In this document: in pieces, positions 13,299-25,700 of the stretch
Position numbering within the stretch: position 1 is the first letter of the stretch
Layout of the letters: every line of letters starts with the position of its first letter
Assembly (NCBI GenBank): GCA_003693705.1
Contig: RBZT01000607.1
Coordinates: 15,778-79,777 of the forward strand
DNA from: Polymyxa betae A26-41
Lineage: Eukaryota; Protista; Endomyxa: Phytomyxea
DNA: 64,000 nt
Direction of reading: 5' to 3'
Made by a program: the position numbers and the translations under genes
The notes under the pieces: generated by a model
The model's database searches: none
What the model saw: the letters and a program-made list of their open reading frames with translations, nothing else
What the model was told of the DNA's origin: nothing

Positions 13299-14131
13299 GG
13301 ATTGGATTGGATTGGATTGGATTGTACTAGCTATTGTGCCTTTCGGCAAGGTGGGCGGCACTTTAACCCTAGTGCGGGGCACAGACCCGAAGGTCCGTGG
13401 CTCTCCTAGTAAAAATTCGGAGGCCTACACCCTTGAGAGGAAAAAGCGAATTTCAGCCCAACGGAGGGCTTAGAGACCTATCAATGACCAGCGACCTGTT
13501 GGCCCAACCCTACAGGGAATTGAACCCTGTACTCAAACATTGACTCGATCTCATGGTGGTCTCCCAGCTTCTATCACACGCTGTATACTATATTGGACAT
13601 CCATGTTTGTATGCTTTCTGTAACATCTGTCTCATGAGTTTGGGCTGTTGCCATAGGGCTGTATTGAAGTTAATTATCCACAGGGAACTGTAGTTGCGCC
13701 TATGGCGTGATAATGCTGTCTTGAAATATGAACATTTCAGGAGATGCTCCAGTGTCTTATAATAATTACAATATCGACATGTGTTTTCTTGTTCAATTCG
13801 CATCTGATGGAGATGATCCCTACACCGAGTATGTCCGGATCGGGCTCTGTTAAGCAGTGGATGATAGTGATATACTCTGATATGTATCGTGTGTCTCCCA
13901 CGTTTCATGGGATATCGACTGTATATGAAGGGGTCTCTGCCGGGGTATCCCCTACAGTGACTCGATCTAATTGCTTTTTCCAGATTAACCTGAAGGTGTG
14001 TCCTTGTAACTTTGTGAAGGATTAACAGAGCAGTCTTTGCCAGTTTGTCTATTTTATCGCTTTCTGGAATAGGTGGTTTGGTTTGACTTGGAACAAAATG
14101 GATTTCTACGGAATTATTGGCTGTTAATATC
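13299..14131 (-). mobile_element. 5'-truncated non-LTR retrotransposon: RNase H end, CCHC zinc finger, 3' UTR and (AATCC)n tail
   Basis: VEIHFVPSQTKPPIPESDKIDKLAKTA matches an RNase H C-terminus. LNRARSGHTRCRDHL...CRYCNYYKTLEHLLKC is the LINE C-terminal CCHC motif. GGATT repeats on the plus strand from 13299. Confidence 0.85.
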
Positions 14132-14353
14132 GCGGTAGTTGATCAGCACAATCTGCCACTGTATCATTGACATATCGAGGTTTATATGGTAACGTAGCAA
14201 GCTGTTACATACACGACAGCAGACCATCATGTTGCTATGTCAAGTTCAGAGTTCGAGTTTCTTTCAGGATCTTTCTTTAACTGGATTGAATTCCTGACTT
14301 CCAAAGGCCGGCGAGTGCGCAGCCTTCAATCCGCCGGCGGATAGTAAAATTAA

Positions 14354-14948
14354 GAGTGCGTTTGGCAACCACGCAAAACTACAGTTTTGCCTCAGTTTTG
14401 TTCCGAAACGGTAGTTTTCGGCAGTTTTGCAAAAAATGCGCGTTTGGCAACCAAAACTGAGGCTCAGTTTCAGTTTTCAAAACTGCACCAAAACTGTAGT
14501 TTTGAAACGGAGCTCAGAGCTCCGTTTTGGTTCAGTTTTGAAACTAAACTCGAATTGCGAATAAAATTTCAACGTTTTCTCACATAACTGTTGTTATGGA
14601 TTTCGTAGAGCTGATTACAGTCTTTGTAACAGCCTGGTACGTCACCGTGTATCTGCTGAAAGAGCCATGTCGCACCTCCAAAGTCCAGGCCAAATCGATA
14701 CTTTAGTGCGAATGGGCATTTTCTACATCGTCGGCAAGCCATGGATCTGTTTGAGCACCGATGAGTCAAGAATATTGCAGATGGTTGCTTTTCTCAAAGT
14801 TGCTAATATTTTATTTGGCAGCAAAACTAGTTTTTGAAGTGCGTCTGGCAACAAAACTGTACAAAACCTAAAACTGTGGTGGTCCCCGCAGAAAACGGTA
14901 GTTTTAAGAAAACTACAGTTTTGTAATCATTTGTTGCCAAACGCACTC
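14354..14948. mobile_element. PIF/Harbinger (Tourist-like) MITE, 595 bp
   Basis: Perfect 16-bp TIR GAGTGCGTTTGGCAAC, TAA TSD on both sides, and many subterminal AAAACT.(C/T)AGTTTT repeats. Confidence 0.93.
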
Positions 14949-15406
14949 TAACTGATCTGAGTCTACTTCGATCTAAGCCACGGAATATTCGAATTTTAGA
15001 CTTGATCCACTAAACCCTATACCCTAACCCTATTTTTCCAAACTTGTTTGGAGATGTCATTGTGATTTGGACACAGAAAGCTGTCTCGTTAGCGGCCAAA
15101 TTTAACTTGAGTTCAGCGCTGGCACGACATAAAGATCAAAATCGCATCCGAACAACAAATTCGAGTCCTGGAATCAAATGTCAATGATCTGTTCGGGCGT
15201 ATTCACAGACTAATACCAAAGTTTCGCTTTATGAAATGGAGTATCATGCCATTCCTCTGAGTCTGACCGAATTCCTGATATGAGCAAGGGTTTCGACATC
15301 GAAACACCCATCTCAAAATTCCTTCCAAAGAGCGTGGTCTTTGTTACCATCTCCGTTTCGGAGGCACTTGAGAGCCAGAACATCGAAGTCGTCAAAGGTG
15401 GTCAAT

Positions 15407-15790
15407 CATGAGCCTCGAATTGTAGCTAGCTACATATCTGCATATTGATATGAGAACAATCTGTGGTCTGGGAGTTGCTGTCGTACTATCTCCGCGGTTG
15501 TGGTCGTACTATGTCTACAGTGGAATGGATTCTGTCATTCTGGAATGAGGCTGGCCGTGATTGCGGTTAATGACAATGAAAGCAATGCATGCGAATAGTA
15601 CGTAGTCATGGACAGTCATGGTGATCTCTATTGCCAACAAATCAATTTATTTTGAGCGATTCTTGTATAGCTGGTTGATGTTGTCCCTACAAATACAGTT
15701 GATTGATGAGAAGATCACAGCCACTCAACATCTTAGCAGCAACTAAAACCCAACCGTTAGATGAGGAGATCACTGTCACTGAGCGTTTCA
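15407..15790 (-). repeat. Unclassified dispersed repeat, copy C (partial)
   Basis: Direct homology to the left part of copy B (ATGAGAACAATCTGTGGTCT...GAATAGTACGTAGTCATGGACAGTCAT...GATGAGAAGATCACAG). Confidence 0.85.
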
Positions 15791-16824
15791 CCAGCTCGTG
15801 CAGACAAGGTCGTTGGTCTGTCGTTTACAAGGCCGTTGCTGGACTAGCTGGACTGGAAATGCATTTTCGTTAGCCAGAAGGCACGATTGTAGCCCTGAGG
15901 ATTCAGCCTTTAACAGGATGATAGTATTGGGATGTGTACGCGACGGATTTCATCAGAATCGAGATTTGTCGTTCTGCTTTTGCTCACTTTTTGCTATCAG
16001 ATATAGAAATTCTGCAATGACCTACATGCATGCTGATCGGTGTAATTAGAACAAAATCTATATAGTATATATCAATGCAGCTCATTTACTGTTCAAATCG
16101 GCATTCTACTGCAGTTTACGGATGGAATAACTGAGATGTCAGTTTCATCCATACGTCGTAGCGATTTTTCTGATTGACAACGAGAAGTGAGGTGCTGCCC
16201 TTCACCTGGAGATATTCACACTCAGCGAGTTTCATGGTGTCCTTCGGCCTTGATTGAAGACAGATCGCATTTAATACCGTTTTACAGACCATTAGGGGTT
16301 GAGAGCAGAGAGAATGAACGATTGACAAATGCACCAAAAAGGCAGACAGATATGGCTGGGTGATGTTGAATCATGTAATGTCCCGAAAGAGTGGCGATGC
16401 TGCTGATCTCAAAAAAAACGCAATTCCGGAATCTCTTATTATCACTTCCTTGAAAAATTGAAAAATCACACAGGTGGGCTACGCAAGCAGAGGAGCACGT
16501 CCACGGAGTTTCACTTCAAGTTCGAGACATTCTGACATGTTTGTTGTTGATAACCCAGCCAAGCCATTTGACACGCTCACGACGTTAATATGGTGTTATG
16601 TACGCAACATATTACAGCAAATACAAATCCAGAATCAACGAAGAAAATCAAAGTTCAGAATGTGATAAGTTAAAGAACAACGCAGTGGTCGAAAAAAGGA
16701 ATAGATGAAAAGTTCCGTCATCTCAGAAATTTGTAAAAAATCTGAATTTGCGCAATTTTTCTGAATAGAAGTGCGTAGCTTTCTAGCAGAGGGTCTCGTC
16801 TTCAATTTGTCGTCTTTCATATCG

Positions 16825-18618
16825 ATGTATTCTGACCTTGCTGAAGTTGACGACGAGGTGGATACTCAGCCAGACCACGACGACTTAGAGACCCAACCAG
16901 AGAGCGACGACGACGTCAATCCAGGGTTTGAGACCCAGCCCGAGAATGCAGATTCCCAGCCAGGTTTTGACGATGGGACTCAACCAGCAGAAGTCGATAT
17001 CGACACGCACCCAAACAAAATCGATTCGGAAGCAGAAATGGATGTCATTAAGTTTGAAGAGACCATCATTGTTGCAGAATCAGATCCTTTAGACGGCCAA
17101 GAATCGCCGCTTTTGCCTGCCGATGAGCCCGATCAGCTGCCCTTAACCCCCCTGCCAATCAATCCTTCACTTGATCGATCTCAAAAACAGGCTCAGAATG
17201 CATCCACAGCCGCGAAACGCTCTGGCTTGAATGGGTTCAGAATGTTCGCGAAACAGTACCGCTTGGATCATGCCGATGAATGTAAACAAGTTGTATCTGC
17301 TGTTAGCAAGGTACCTTTGCTTCAATTATTGATTAACTTGAATCTTTTCGTTTCTTCTTTGGTTCTCTGCTTTAAATTGGTTTAGCCATTGCTTTCCTGG
17401 CTCTATGTTTTTCTCATAAAGATTTGACATTTGCCTGGCCCGTGCTTTCTTCTAACCTTTTAACTGCTCGGGTTCTCTTATCTCTGTCAAACTCGCCGCG
17501 ATGATATTGTTTCTGCAGATTTTCGTTTTAGGTTTACTTCATTCTATACCTCTCTTTTCTGTTTTCGTCAAGATGAGTTCTTTCTCGATGTGTTTCAGAT
17601 TTTTCAGTTTGCGGCTCTAAATGACCTTATAGATAATCGGTGCAGCTTGGAAGGCTTTATCGGATGATGAGCGGGCGGAATGGAATCGATTGGCGGCTGA
17701 ACAAGCTCTATCAGACCCACCTGGTGCCAAGCAATCTAAGGCCAAGGAATTTGATTCTCAGAAGTTGGGATCCCATCTTCAGGTTGTTCATGTTTCCTCT
17801 TTCCGTTTTTCAAATTTTATGTGTAAGCTGAAATCACGTTCTTATTTTTATTGCAACATATTCGGAATTGGTGTTTTGTTCTTGAATGCTTTTCCAAGTG
17901 CTCTCAACCTAACGTTTTGACCTTTTGGGTTGATGTGTGCTCATTTGAGAGCTATTCATCTGTCGTTCAGAGCTTTCATTTTTTGCTTTGATTTCAATTT
18001 GTTAGACCAATCAGCATCACCTTATACATTCGATTGACACTGAATTAGATGTCTCGTGTCAAAGGAATCATGCAGCTCGATAAAGATGTTCACCACATCA
18101 GCAAGGAAGCTGTCGAATTCGTTCGTGCTAGTGCTGAGCTTTTTATCGGGTTCATGTGCAAGACCGCTGGACAATATTGTGGATCGCGCCACTCCATCCA
18201 ACATGTAGACTTCAGGCAAATGATCAAGTAAGTAACTTTAAACGCTTTTTCCTTTTTCTGTTTTGAATTCAATCTAAATTGTTGCCTGCATTGATTTGCC
18301 TCAATGCTAACTACTCATGTTTGCTTTACTTTCCGCTTCCAACCGCTTTCTTACAATTCAGTTTTTCGTAATTCTGCGTTTCGATGATGTTATTAGCCCC
18401 TGTCGTCTAGTTAACCTGACTATTTCTTACATAGGACCGAACCGAAGTTGAAGTTTCTTCTGGGAGCTTTCAATAAGAATAATACGCAAGCTCAAACCGC
18501 TAGCTTGAGGACTCCTGCTGGAAAACGCGGCCGGAACTCTATTACTGATGCTTCCGTACAACCTCCGGCGAAGGCCTCGAAAATTACTTCCTTTTTTCAA
18601 AAGGCTCCTGCTGCTTAA
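16825..18618 (+). CDS. HMG-box + histone-fold (NF-YC/DPB3/CHRAC1-like) protein, 4 exons (16825-17310, 17633-17782, 18049-18227, 18435-18618)
   Basis: HMG box KRSGLNGFRMFAKQYR...VSK|IIGAAWKALSDDERAEWNRLA. Histone fold LQ|MSRVKGIMQLDKDVHHISKEAVEFVRASAELFI...SIQHVDF..EPKLKFL. All introns are GT-AG and in phase. Confidence 0.85.
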
Positions 18619-19692
18619 TCTGCAATCAGAATCTCTATGTCCAAATCGGTTTTTGTTTTGGCTCAAACAACTCCAACGAGTTCTCCGAATTCATGAAATG
18701 AGATCTTCTGGCGAGCATGAAGCCATTTCGTAGAGCAATTTGTTGCATGTTTGGAAGCATTCCATATTGGAATGATGTGAAACGATGTTTATAAACTCAT
18801 CATTATCATCCAAACCAGAACAGAATCCAGCTCGAACACAACGCGACTCTGTGGCTGTTCCGACTTCAAGGCTGGCCAGCAGCTCGATTTTACTTCAGAT
18901 ATGGGCTGCAGTTAAAGTGTTTCCTCAGGATCACTCTCCTTAACTGGACCAACCTATGAGGGTGAAGCATGCTCATAGACTGACTGCTCACTTGTTGGAT
19001 GGTCACGTTTATGAGCCATACGTGCTTGTTGCCCTCTATTGCTGAAAGCGGGCCTTTCGCCAGATTCTTGGTGTCCGAGATCTCTTTTAAGGCGCTGAGA
19101 TCGACCAGAGCCGATCGGGATTGACTGAAGAAACCAAAAACTTCGAATTTTTGCGATTTTGTGAAAATACAACTAAGATTTTGTTACGTACCAAAGTTTC
19201 AATCCAAAACCATAGAGTCCCAATGCCCTTCACGTTATGGTAGCCTTTGAAAGGCGCATTATTTCTGTCAAAACACCTTTTGCGCAGTTTTTAAGACAGA
19301 ACTTGAACATACCTCAGTCGCGCAGTTTTTAAGACTATGCTCACAATAACAGTCTGGATTCATCTTCGCCGAGTCGATCTAAACTAAATAAGCTTTAAAT
19401 TTGGACGTCGTTGTTCCCCGAAACTGATATTGGCACTGCGGTTCGTCTGAGCCAGAAAACCTAACCCCAACAATTTGAAGGATTGAGGCAGTTTACAGTA
19501 CATGAAGACAAAACACACCATGTCAAACGTCTGGCCACTGAATGAGGCACAAAACCAGTGCAACGAAATGTTATACAGAATGCGAAGTTCTCTGATCATT
19601 GGCATCCAGGACTGCTATACGATAAACTCAAATGAATTCGGCGTGGATTTGAGGCTTCCTCCGAACGATTTTTTCATTGTTTTTCCCTGCCG

Positions 19693-20692
19693 ATGTCGAA
19701 TCCGCCAGATGTGGCTATATTCGATACAGGCAAGGTCCTACAGACGATCTTCAATCAGCCCAGATTCAGTGACCTGACTTTAATCGTCGGCGATACCGAA
19801 TTCCACTGCCATCGCGCGGTGCTGGCCCCGATCTGCGGCTACCTGCAAGGTCTCCTACAATGGCCTGTAGAAGACGACCGAACCGAGGAGCAGATTGCAG
19901 CGAACGACCTGAAACGGATCCAGATCGACCTTCCAGATATTACTATTCCGAGACTGTTCTTCAGTAGATCGCAGCGCACCAAAGTCGAGTTTTTCGACTT
20001 GTTTCTGAAAACCGTCTAATACCAGCCCAGTGCGAAGCGTGTTGAGGAATGTTTCGCGATCGCTCAGATCGCGGATTTTCTCGTTTGCGAGCTCGTCCAC
20101 GGTCACTGTGACGAACTTCTCAGCTCGGTCAAATACTCCGCTCAGAACGTTCTCGACGCCGCTCGTTTCTGTCAGAAATTCGCGCTCGCAAAGAGGCTCA
20201 ACACCGTGAACAAGATCATCGCCGAGCGCCTGTACGACTTCCGCCACGACCCGCGCCTCTATCAGTTGGAAATCGATCATTTCAAAGCCATCCTGAAATG
20301 CAGCCGCTGTTTCGATCCATGGAGCTTTCTGATTCCGTCATCCTGAAATGCAGCCGCTGTTTCGATCCATGGAGCTTTCTGATTCCGTCATCCTGAAATG
20401 CAGCCGCTGTTTCGATCCATGGAGCTTTCTGATTCCGTTGTACTTTGCGTCCGGACAACTTTCCAACCAACGAGCGATCGATTTGACGCCAGGAATCAAG
20501 AACGATGCTATGAGGGAGCTCTTCCGGAACGAAATCCTTCGAGTTTGCTTTAGCTGGGATCGGCCAACTGTCAACGTTATAGCGCGAATCGTCAAAGGAT
20601 CCCAGGTGTTTGCTGACTCCGAAAGCGACCAATTATTCATCTACAAGATTCTAACCGAATGCTATTGCCGGTGTGATAAGAACACGATCTGA
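19693..20692 (+). pseudogene. BTB/POZ(-BACK-like) pseudogene
   Basis: Close paralogue of 1-849. The TAA at 20017-20019 arises from a 6-nt deletion relative to that paralogue (TA[CGGGTT]A). A 50-bp triplication then shifts the frame. Confidence 0.88.
20289..20438. repeat. Perfect 3 x 50-bp tandem repeat within the BTB pseudogene
   Basis: CATCCTGAAATGCAGCCGCTGTTTCGATCCATGGAGCTTTCTGATTCCGT repeated three times. Confidence 0.97.
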
Positions 20693-22709
20693 ACATCTTC
20701 TCTACTTGCAGGTATCGTGTAAATTCATTGATAGTCAAAACGATAAAAAAATCTGAAAATTTGCCATCACAAAATATCATGGAAAAATGCCCAAGTTGAT
20801 GTTTCCAGTTCAACACGATCTGAAAATGTTTTTCGGTGTCATATTCTGGTCATTTTGCATTGACTAAAAACACAGAGCCTGTGGATGCTCTTTGTCATCA
20901 CGATTAAGAAGGAAATATTTCGCCTTTCATTCTTTAACACGGACATTACCAATACACAGAAACAATCGAGTTTATGCTGACGGTTTCAAGAGGAAACAAT
21001 TCCTCAGATAAGATCCTGTGAACGAAAGCTTTTGTCATACTGTACTGTTTTATAAAATCGGCTTGAATAATGGCAATGGCGAGATCGAATTCCTTCCTCC
21101 AATTTTCATTGAAATTCTGCTTTAACAGCAAACAAATGTCATTCAATGTCGCTTCTCCGGTCTGGTAACGAAAAATTACTGGCTGTACTGGCCCCCAGCT
21201 GGACAGAGTTGACCATTTCATTGCGTGATGATCTGATCGCTTTTACATCCGAGGTTGGAATCTCATTTCATCGTCTTGTCTAAGGCCAGGAATCGGGCCT
21301 TATCTGGGCCTTCAGATTGGCTGCTTGCTGCCTATCCATCGATGATAGAATTCCTGGAGTTCCAGATTCCATGATAGCGGCGTCTTGGCTGTTTGATCCA
21401 ACTCCAAATGCAGATCAAGAATTTTGTACTCGAAAAAGTCAGAAACCCACCCTTCGAAGAGGTTCATTGATATCGTGTTAGTAGAGGGACTTTCCCCCTC
21501 CAGAACACTCCAACTAATACTCCAAGCAGACTGAGTTTTTAGGAATCTTTCCATTTGATAACGCTCGCGATAGGAATCGCATCTCTCCGGGCTTCTTTCA
21601 CCGCTCTAAAAAAGGATCCGCTCTGATAGAGGTGAAGTCGCTCGAAGCCTGTTATTGACGACCAAATTTTCGGCCTGGATTTCTGATGGCAAGATCGCGT
21701 ACGCCATCAGAGAGGCTGTTAATGGAATCACCCGTTATTTGTGGCTCTCAAGAAAGCCGCCGACGGCAACAAAGCTGCAGTCAGAATCTGTATTGACCGA
21801 TGCCTTCCGTCCGGGATGTTTTCGTGGCCATGATCGGCCGCTCGGCCTTCTTCAGTCTCGACCTAAAACAGAGCTCTTTTGCTCTTCATGTTTGCATTGA
21901 CACCGTTTGGCCTGAATGAGAGTCCTCTTTGATGGTCGCCGTCGCATTACTTCATCCAGGACGATATCGCGATCGGCTCCGATAACGATAATCGATGATC
22001 TCGTATTCGATCGCAATGTTTTGATCGCTGCGGCTTAAGTAGCTGAATGTGCTCGGACACGTCCGATCCAGGACGCATTATTCATGGCTCGAATTGAAGC
22101 TTGAAAGCTTCTGTTTGGTGATTTGAAGACGATTTGATGCGAGCGTTACGGTCGTATAATTTGTATTGAATAAAATGCATCACATCATCAGCTCGGCTAT
22201 CTGAAACACCCATGCTACATTCCGATCGAGAGAATCCAAAACAGAAAACAATGAGGCGGCTTTCGAAAACGAGCCTCTTTGCACGATCTGACCGTTAGCA
22301 GAGCTCTGTGATATTCGAATGGTGTTTACAAGGAAGTTACGAAATCTGATGGGTTGAGTGAATCCATTGATAAAGCGTTATCGGTGAGATGACCTCAAAT
22401 CGGGATTCGACACCGGATGGGGTTGTCGCCAGATCCGGAGAGCAATATCGAACACGAAAATTGAAGCTTGACAGTAGATAAAGCGGCATTGAGCCGAATG
22501 GGCGAATGACGGGCGATTCGACCAGAACGAAATCAACGAGTTCAGGACTCTTTAGCTGAGACGACTTGTTCATATTACCGCAATTTAATTTGAAAATAAA
22601 AACTTTTCTAAAAATCACAACTAAGCGATTGTTGGGAGAAACGATGCGAAAATGAGATAGAGATTGTATTACTGAAACAATGAAGAGATATTTGAGACGG
22701 AGCGACGAT

Positions 22710-25700
22710 TTAAACAGAGACAGCAGCGGCCTGAGCAAGAACCGACGAATGCGAGATCGAGACGTTGATCGAGCGGACGCCGACCGATTCCGCGATCCGT
22801 TTCGCGTCGCCGTGCAGCACGACGCGCGGCGCGCCGGACTCCGTGGGCAGAATCTCGATCGCCGCCATCGGAGCGGCGTCACCACGATCCCAGACCTTCT
22901 CCTGCTTGCTGGCGAAATCCGAGATCGATTTCAGCACCGCCTCTTTGGCGCACCAACGCCCGGCGAACGACACCTTCGGATCGGGACGGCTGCGGCAATA
23001 CGAGATCTCATCCGGCGTGAAATTGCGCCTGATGAACTCCGAATCTGGATCCGGGAACTCCGAAAGCCATTCGTTGTCGCAGCCGATTCCGGACTTGACG
23101 GAGCCGCCGATCAGGTCCTTGAACATGCGATCGAGCGGCGGTTTCGCGCCCTTTCCGTACTGCGAGAAGTTCCACGTTTGCTTGGCGGCGTCGAACTTAG
23201 CGCGCGCCAGAGGATCGAGATAGACGGCGGATTCTTGCTCGGGCGTGAACGGCGGCGAATCCTTCAATTGAACGTAGCGGCTCGATCCGATCAACGAATC
23301 GTGCAGATAGCGATAGATTTTCTGCTCACGAACGCGACGCTTCGCCACGTACGAATCGAGCTGCGACGCCTCCAACGAGGCGAACAAAAACTTGGGATGA
23401 ATCACGAGACATTCGCCGCCGACTTGACCGAATCCGAACGATTTCAACAGACCGGCGTTGAGACCATCGGTCTGAATGCTGCGAGACGGATAGAAGACGA
23501 AGTCCATTTTCGCGAGCTTCGATTCGATGTTATCGGCGTTGCGATTGCCGGGGATGATGCCGGTGTTCAGGACGTTCAGCATGCCGTTCAGCATCCAAGC
23601 GGCGGCGGCGCCTTTCGGATGTCCGGTCAGATACTTCTGGAAGATGGACGGAATCAGATTGCCGGCGCTGCGTCCGAGATGCGCCAGCTGCTTGTCGACG
23701 ACCTCGGATTCGTTGACGTCGTTGGCTTTGGTTCCGGTGCCGTGGAACGACGCCACGTCGATATCGTCGACCGTGAGACCGTAAACCGCGAGCGCGGCGC
23801 GCAGCGGCGAGATCGTCGGATCGTCCTTCGCGAAATCGTGCGACCACAACGCCAACGTCGCTTTGTACTCGCGTTCGGATTGTTGCTGAATGAACGTCGC
23901 GCCTTCGTCGATGAACAGTTGTCGCTCCGAAGCCGGCAACGTCTCGGCTTCGCTCAGCAACGCTTCCATCTCGGCATCAGCGCGCTCCTTGATCTGCCGA
24001 CGGCTTAACTTCAGCCGATCGGAGCGGAACTTGAAGTCAAGAAGGCGCGAACGCCGGGACGATTTTGATTCGCGCGCGGTCGTCAGAACGCCTTGGCCGG
24101 GAGCGGGAACCGAACGCCCGACTTTGTCCATGGCCGTGGCCGTATGAGCGATGATTCCGTAGATCGGGACGCCCATCTCAATGGCGATCTTCGCCGTCAT
24201 CAAGACATGAACGCCGGCGCCATGCGACTCCATGAATCCGCCGCGCGACGACGTCGCCGGGCGCGACATCTCACGAGGCTCGCGACCTTGAGCGAGTTCG
24301 TGAACGCTGTTCGAAGTGGCGCCGATGTTGCCGAACTCCTGGCTGCTTTCTTCGGTGAAGTCGTCGTAGCCGCCGCAGATCACGATCGAGGCTTTCCCGC
24401 TCAGCAGGGTATCGACGCCGATCTCGACCGATTGCACGGCCGTGGCGCAGGCGCCGACCGGGCTCTTGATAGGACCGGCGCTGGACAGCAGCAGCAGATT
24501 GACCCAGGCGGGCATCGTGTTAATGAAGCTCTCTTGCAGGACGTCTTTCTGCACCTGCTTGTCCAGGAAACGTTCGCGGAAGATGCCGCGAAGGGCGTGC
24601 ATGCCGCCGATGCCGCCGCCGCACGTGTTCCCGACGCTGCTGACGTGAACGTATTCGTAGAATTCGTACGGATCGGTGATACCCGACGAGACGAGGGCGT
24701 CGACGGTCGAGACGAGCACGTAGAGCGTGACCGGATCGACCTGATCGACGATGTCTTTCGGGACGCCGTAACGCTCGGCGTCCCAGCCGGTGGGAATCTG
24801 TCCGGCGACGAGACGATCGAAACGCAGCGCCTTCGGGATGTACAAGGTCGCGCCCTTCTTCAGACGAACGTTGAACTGCGACGATCCTTCGACCGGGAAG
24901 ATGTCGACGAAGGCGCCGTGCTGCAATCGGAAGCTGTCGGCTTCGGCGCGCGAGCATTCGAACGCGGGCATCTCGCTGTTGATCACGACCTCTTGCAGGA
25001 GCAGCTTCTTGTCCGGATCGCAACCGTTGAACAGCTGCGGCTCGATCAGACGGATTCCGGTGTGCTTCAGGATGCGCTCTTCATATAGGCGTTTGATATC
25101 GTATTCGCGGAGCGGCTCGTCCGAGGCCGAATCGACCCAGCCCGAGAACGACGTCCCGTCCTTGTTACGACGATTGGCGACGTACTTGATGTAGCCCATG
25201 ATCCAGGCCAGCTCGATGCAGCCTTCCAGCGAGAACTCGCCGAACGCTTCCATCTCCCAGCGAGTGCGGGCGTTGCCGTACGGACCGACCTCGCCGAACC
25301 CGGTCACGACGATGACACGATCCAGGTCCAGCATTCCCTTCATGTAATCGATCGATTTCAGATCCGTGGGCAGATCGGGGAGATCGAAGGCGAGATTCGA
25401 GCGCGGTTGGATTGATGGGGATTTGGCGGCGACGAAATCAGGGCCTTGGACGAGTTTGGCTTCGGCGCGATCTTCGTGAAGAACGGCTTTACGAACGGAG
25501 GCGGATTGCATAAACGACGAACGAATCTCCATGGAAAGCGTCTTGAGATTGGCGATCGATTTCATGCCGCCGCTGAGATCGGCGAACAGCGGCGCCTGCT
25601 GCGATAAACGCACCATCAACGGATGCATGAGCGCGATCAGGTTGAACGTCATCTCGTTGGTGCTGAACGTGCGACAGCCGCGAGCCTCGATTCCTTCCGC

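Noticed and set aside
13320-13410. Telomerase RNA (TAACCCTA) or a known ribozyme (hammerhead, HDV, twister, pistol)
   Set aside because: The template-like string is antisense to the structured strand and is not kept in the 44502 copy. Catalytic core consensus sequences were not found by eye.
20946-22600. Fragmentary minus-strand ORFs
   Set aside because: Many stops and no recognisable motif; possibly a decayed gene
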